IMG/VR virus record: IMGVR_UViG_3300042895_001344 | Location: 62,001-126,000 of that record | Reading direction: 5' to 3' (one strand) | Length of the DNA: 64,000 bases | In this document: piece by piece, positions 59,775 through 64,000 of the stretch | Layout: each line of letters begins with the position of its first letter | How positions within the stretch are numbered: the first letter of the stretch is position 1 | Made by a program: the position numbers and the translations under genes | Notes under the pieces: model-generated | Told to the model about the DNA's origin: nothing | Databases searched by the model: none | Seen by the model: only the letters and a program-made list of their open reading frames with translations

Positions 59775-60617
59775 TTAGAACGGTAAGTCACCGTCTACTT
59801 CTGCGTCATCTTGTGGATCAACAACAGGAGTTGAAGACTTCGGTGCTCCGATAGTTTCTTCTGTTGTTAAATTAGAAACCCATTTGCTACTTGCAGTGTC
59901 CCAACGTGGAACCTCACCTCTTGCAACCATTTCCAAATAATCTTCACTCTTTCTAGAATAAACATCTGACCAAGTTAATTCATCGTCCAACCATGTTTTC
60001 GCAACATCAGCATCAGTATGTAATGCACTTGGATCGTCGTTTAATACTGAATTGATAACAGTATATTCTTTACCTGTTCCTGCTTTAGTTAATGTTAATG
60101 ACAAGATTAAGTCACGACCATTATCAGGATTGGTAACATCTCCTTTGTTACGGAAGATTGGGAAGATTTTATCAATTACACCGTCACCTTTGTGATTGTG
60201 TTTAAATCTCCAAAATTTAACTCCATCCGCTTCATGATCACGATCGATCACTTTAACGATATAAAACTTACGAGAACGATAGTTACGTGCTAATTCTTTA
60301 TCAGAATCTACACCACTCATCATTAATCCTTCACAAACCTCGTTTAATGGAGAACGTTTTCCTTCTTGTGCTGGGTCATATAATTTTACCCATTTACCGT
60401 CCACTTGAACTTCGTGGAATTTAACCTCTACAAATGGTGAAGAACCATCTTTTGTAGGTAAAATACGGATACGTCTTTCTTCACCTTTAGAACCTTTAGG
60501 TAATACGGTTGTGAAATAACGTTTTAATCTGTCTTCTGAAGACATCTTGTTTGAATTGCCACTTGTGGCGTTTTTGTTTTGTTCGTACTGTTTTAGTACT
60601 GCGTCAAATGTAGACAT
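59775..60617 (-). CDS. Single-stranded DNA-binding protein (T4 gp32-like)
   Basis: IRILP, YIVKVIDRD, GVKFWRF, DVTNPDNGRDL, acidic tail ending DLPF. Confidence 0.88.
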   Translation of the reverse strand: MSTFDAVLKQYEQNKNATSGNSNKMSSEDRLKRYFTTVLPKGSKGEERRIRILPTKDGSSPFVEVKFHEVQVDGKWVKLYDPAQEGKRSPLNEVCEGLMMSGVDSDKELARNYRSRKFYIVKVIDRDHEADGVKFWRFKHNHKGDGVIDKIFPIFRNKGDVTNPDNGRDLILSLTLTKAGTGKEYTVINSVLNDDPSALHTDADVAKTWLDDELTWSDVYSRKSEDYLEMVARGEVPRWDTASSKWVSNLTTEETIGAPKSSTPVVDPQDDAEVDGDLPF

Positions 60618-60664
60618 GTGATTTTGATTTAAATTTTAATAATCATTTATGTTATAATATACAT

Positions 60665-60693
60665 AAAAAAACCCAGACTATAAAATCTGGGTT
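60665..60693 (-). terminator. Intrinsic terminator
   Basis: AACCCAGA-N8-TCTGGGTT followed by a T run on the minus strand. Confidence 0.75.
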
Positions 60694-60718
60694 GAATTAT
60701 TTTTAAAGTATTTTTTTG

Positions 60719-60946
60719 TTACCAACTAATCACATAATCGTTATTGGTACCCATGAAATTGTTCTTAGTCTGAATTTTATAACCATAATTTCTTAATGTG
60801 GTTACTATTGCGTCATTCACATATCTTGGGTCTAAAGTAATTTGATATTGTCCTTGAGCTGTTGCTCCTGATATTAAACCATCGATATATGTTAATGAAC
60901 CTGTTGCTGTATTTGAAGCTGTTCTTGCTGCTGATCCTGATTGCAT
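60719..60946 (-). CDS. Hypothetical protein
   Basis: 75-aa ORF. Confidence 0.65.
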   Translation of the reverse strand: MQSGSAARTASNTATGSLTYIDGLISGATAQGQYQITLDPRYVNDAIVTTLRNYGYKIQTKNNFMGTNNDYVISW

Positions 60947-60967
60947 CTTAAATATTTTTTTTTATTT

Positions 60968-61339
60968 TTATTCTAATGTTAATAGATATGTTATTTTATT
61001 TAATAGTCCTAAAATCTCATCACGGATATTCAATAAATCCGTATCTGTTGAATCAAACTCACTACTCCATTGGATTAACGCCTCTTTAGATGTTTGTAAC
61101 ATGTTCTTTAAATCCAATTCAGATAAATTTACAACGTTTAATGTTTTATCTTCATTTTCTAATTTAAATCTACCGTACTTACCCATCGCGGCCTCAGCAA
61201 ACGTGTCTGTCAAATCAACTAATCCTTCATATAACTTGTCAAAGGCTTTATGTCTTGCGTAACCTTTGGTTTGCCAATGGTTAATTTTAACTTGAGCCTG
61301 AAGTTCCATTAAGAACTTTATTTTAGAAGCTATATTCAT
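60968..61339 (-). CDS. Ferritin/Dps-like four-helix protein (DUF5856-like)
   Basis: HWQTKGYARHKAFDKLYE...DTFAE di-iron-type motif. Confidence 0.75.
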   Translation of the reverse strand: MNIASKIKFLMELQAQVKINHWQTKGYARHKAFDKLYEGLVDLTDTFAEAAMGKYGRFKLENEDKTLNVVNLSELDLKNMLQTSKEALIQWSSEFDSTDTDLLNIRDEILGLLNKITYLLTLE

Positions 61340-62000
61340 CTTTTTGTTCTTCGTTTGGGTTAAATGAACTTCTTAACGCATCGGGCGCATAGTTCTCAAC
61401 ATCATCCTTAGTTAATACATATTCGTTTTTACCACTAGCTCTCATTTCACCTTGTTTGTGTGCGAAGAACTCTTGTGGTTTTTCATTGAATGGGTATGAA
61501 TCTAAAGACCTCATTTCAAGTTTTTCAACTTCACTTTTAGGTTTGTTAGCTTCGACTGTTGCACCTAATTGGTCAATCTTAGCCATAACTTGATCCATTT
61601 GAGCCAATTTACTTTCTAAGTCATTCAGTTTGGTGAATACGTCATCCATTTTATTTATAACTGCAGAATTGTCTTGTTTATTATTTTCAAGATCGTTTTT
61701 GATATTCTTAGTCATATTAACTAAATCTGTAATATCCATTTCTTCAGTATCACCACCCATACCTGCTTCATCCATTGGAGGGGTTCCCATATCATCTGCC
61801 GGTGGAGGTGGAACATCACCACCCATGTCACCTGCTGGAGGTGGAGGAGGTACATCACCTGTTGGTGGAGGAGGTACGTCACCTAATGGATCTTCTGCTG
61901 GTGCTGGTGGGGGAGCGTCTTGCTCCATGATCATTTTCTTACCATACTTATTGATGGAATTGAAACGTTTTACTTCTTCTAATAATTTTTTCTCTAACAT
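61323..62000 (-). CDS. Pro-rich coiled-coil protein, putative head-internal protein
   Basis: LLEEVKRFNSI motif, DVPPPP repeats, coiled coil. Confidence 0.7.
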   Translation of the reverse strand: MLEKKLLEEVKRFNSINKYGKKMIMEQDAPPPAPAEDPLGDVPPPPTGDVPPPPPAGDMGGDVPPPPADDMGTPPMDEAGMGGDTEEMDITDLVNMTKNIKNDLENNKQDNSAVINKMDDVFTKLNDLESKLAQMDQVMAKIDQLGATVEANKPKSEVEKLEMRSLDSYPFNEKPQEFFAHKQGEMRASGKNEYVLTKDDVENYAPDALRSSFNPNEEQKDEYSF

Positions 62001-62003
62001 GGC

Positions 62004-62207
62004 TTAATCTTGTAATAATTGTCTACCGTCATTGGTAATATATCTTTTGTTTATTCTTTCAACGATACCGTCTTTTTCTCTGATTGTATAACATTCTCCT
62101 GTTACTAAATCACATTCTTCTCTTTCCATACCATCATTAGATACGTTTTTAACCTTTTTAGGGTTTAAAAACTGATCCATGGTATTATTTAATCTATTAT
62201 TTTCCAT
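62004..62207 (-). CDS. Small hypothetical protein
   Basis: Start MENNRL at 62207, after TATTTATA at 62225-62232; ECDLVTGEC. Confidence 0.7.
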   Translation of the reverse strand: MENNRLNNTMDQFLNPKKVKNVSNDGMEREECDLVTGECYTIREKDGIVERINKRYITNDGRQLLQD

Positions 62208-62250
62208 AATATTTGTTTTATTACTATAAATATCCCAAGTTTTATTAATA

Positions 62251-64000
62251 TTACACTTTCTCCAATTTAAAATAAACAATATCACCATCTTGTAAATCTA
62301 AATCTTTCATCAATTTAGGTGATAGAGCAATTCCATATTCTTTTTCATCCCTAATATTGTCAATTGGACCTATAGCTATTGGTTTAGTTTTATCTGAACT
62401 ATCTTGATGATTTACTGTTATATTTTTATTTTTATTTGGATTTAGGAAAAGTGTTTTATAATCTGTTAATGTTTCATTAACATCCATTTTATCTAAAATA
62501 AATCTGGTTGAATAGAAATAATTTTTATCACTAAATTGTCTAATATTACCCCAAGTAAACGCTGGATCTTGTTTAAAATTAGATTTAGTTATTAAAGACA
62601 TACTGTCCGTATCGTTCATCGAATAATTTGATTCTCCCATTCTAACCACCTGTGCTCTTAACCATTTATCACCTTTATATTCAACTTGAACAATATATCT
62701 AAATTCATTAAATCCATTATATGGTATTCCATTTACGGTTACTCCCACATCGTCTAAAGTAACCTTTTCTCCCGGTACTTTCTTTTTATCAGGACCCATA
62801 TCATATGTGTATTGACTACCGTCGGCAGTTACAATTGATGCACTTGTTTCCGTAACTTTATCTGAACCATTAACCCTATTGATCGCCTTTTGTTGTAGTT
62901 TATCAAATAATGTTCTATAACTTGACATAAATGAATCTGTCAAATCAGGTAATGCTGTATATGGCATTCTCGATCCTTTAAATTTGGTTACAATATTATT
63001 ATTCCTAATTTCATGACCAACTTCAGTTATCCAATATGTTCCTTTAAACATAGGGATATTTTTCAAATAGAAAAACATCGTAGGTTGTATCATAACATTA
63101 CCCATACAAGTTATTTCACATGTGTATGCCGCTTGTCTATAATACTCATATAAACCAATATCAACATTATGTGATGATGAACCCGATTCACTTCTAGCTA
63201 AGTTTTCTAATACGTAAAATGACTCTGTTGTATTTTTAATTGATGCCTGATCTAAACTAATACCTTTAAAAATACTTTGATTTTGATCTCCAAAACTTAC
63301 TTCAAATGCAACTACTTTATTTGTTTTAGATAAATCTCCCGTTTGAAATACTTTAGGTAAAGTAATCATAACTGGGTTATTATTAGTATTACCAATATTA
63401 AAACTATCGTCAGTAAATCTATATTTTTTATTATCTGACATGTCAGGTCTTGTCGAATTTTTACCTACATATTGTACTATAATTTTAGGTGATGATTCTT
63501 GATAATCAACTTCTAAGAATGTTCCAAATATATTTTGTGCTATTTTTTTGGATGGTGTTAATTTAGGTGTGTTTGAAAAATTTGTTCCATAGAAATTAAT
63601 ATAAGCTGGTAATGCTCTTAGATCAAAACCTGTATCTTGTAATAATATTGATATTGAACTGAATAAATTTTGTTTAATGTTTTCGGGTTCTCCTAAATTG
63701 AGTAATCGTGATATGTCTATAAAATATTCATTGCCTATGTCTTTATTAGCCTTATCTAAAAATAAAAACTCTTCTAAAAGTGACCTTTGACCTATAGAAT
63801 TTCCTGCAATCCATTTATCGTTCATAGATTTAAAGAAATTATATAACTCAACCTTTAATGGTTTATTATTATAACCATCAAAAAAATCTATTTTACTTTT
63901 AGATTCTTCAATATTAAAAGATGAAAATTGAGGTATCAAAGTACTAAAGAATAATGACATTCTATTATTTAGACCTGTATTATTTTCACTATTAAAAATA
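62251..64000 (-). CDS. Partial large virion protein with a baseplate-hub-like C-terminal region
   Basis: Frame open to the window end; EITCMGNVMIQP...GTYWITEVGHEI resembles gp27/gpD hub motifs. Confidence 0.65.
   Translation of the reverse strand, partial: IFNSENNTGLNNRMSLFFSTLIPQFSSFNIEESKSKIDFFDGYNNKPLKVELYNFFKSMNDKWIAGNSIGQRSLLEEFLFLDKANKDIGNEYFIDISRLLNLGEPENIKQNLFSSISILLQDTGFDLRALPAYINFYGTNFSNTPKLTPSKKIAQNIFGTFLEVDYQESSPKIIVQYVGKNSTRPDMSDNKKYRFTDDSFNIGNTNNNPVMITLPKVFQTGDLSKTNKVVAFEVSFGDQNQSIFKGISLDQASIKNTTESFYVLENLARSESGSSSHNVDIGLYEYYRQAAYTCEITCMGNVMIQPTMFFYLKNIPMFKGTYWITEVGHEIRNNNIVTKFKGSRMPYTALPDLTDSFMSSYRTLFDKLQQKAINRVNGSDKVTETSASIVTADGSQYTYDMGPDKKKVPGEKVTLDDVGVTVNGIPYNGFNEFRYIVQVEYKGDKWLRAQVVRMGESNYSMNDTDSMSLITKSNFKQDPAFTWGNIRQFSDKNYFYSTRFILDKMDVNETLTDYKTLFLNPNKNKNITVNHQDSSDKTKPIAIGPIDNIRDEKEYGIALSPKLMKDLDLQDGDIVYFKLEKV

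Noticed and set aside
1-64000. Alternative genetic code (stop recoding)
   Set aside because: Conserved genes are full length in code 11, and TAA, TAG and TGA all terminate genes at expected ends.

Overview
A 64-kb segment of a large, AT-rich, T4-like (myovirus-type) jumbo phage. The host is probably a Bacteroidota bacterium (Bacteroidota-type sigma factor, ClpP, Hc1-like protein, Q-rule signal peptide, TAnnTTTG promoters). Almost all genes lie on the minus strand and both ends cut genes. Left to right: three fibre genes rich in (G-S/T-S/D)n repeats; glutaredoxin, thioredoxin, AAA ATPase, NusG and Dam; small and putative internal-head proteins; a degenerate amidase and membrane genes; sigma-70 and ClpP; a split Mre11/Rad50 pair interrupted by a restriction-modification-like island; exonuclease, primase and RuvC-like genes; a 21-kb tail/baseplate block with Pro/Thr linkers and shuffled Cys-rich modules; gp6/gp25 baseplate genes; class II RNR, helicase, 5'-3' exonuclease, UvsX/RecA and gp32-like SSB. 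The most notable signals are: (1) about 80 copies of an [S/T]-G-x-T motif confined to certain virion proteins, a candidate glycosylation/modification sequon; (2) a -1 frameshift signal (A10 plus stem-loop) joining ORFs 17863-19011 and 17579-17866; (3) a self-contained ~75-nt structured RNA upstream of primase; (4) a TATTTATA candidate late promoter, the reverse complement of the T4 late box. No CRISPR array, tRNA, rRNA, integrase or reverse transcriptase was seen. All family assignments come from motif recognition by eye, not database searches.
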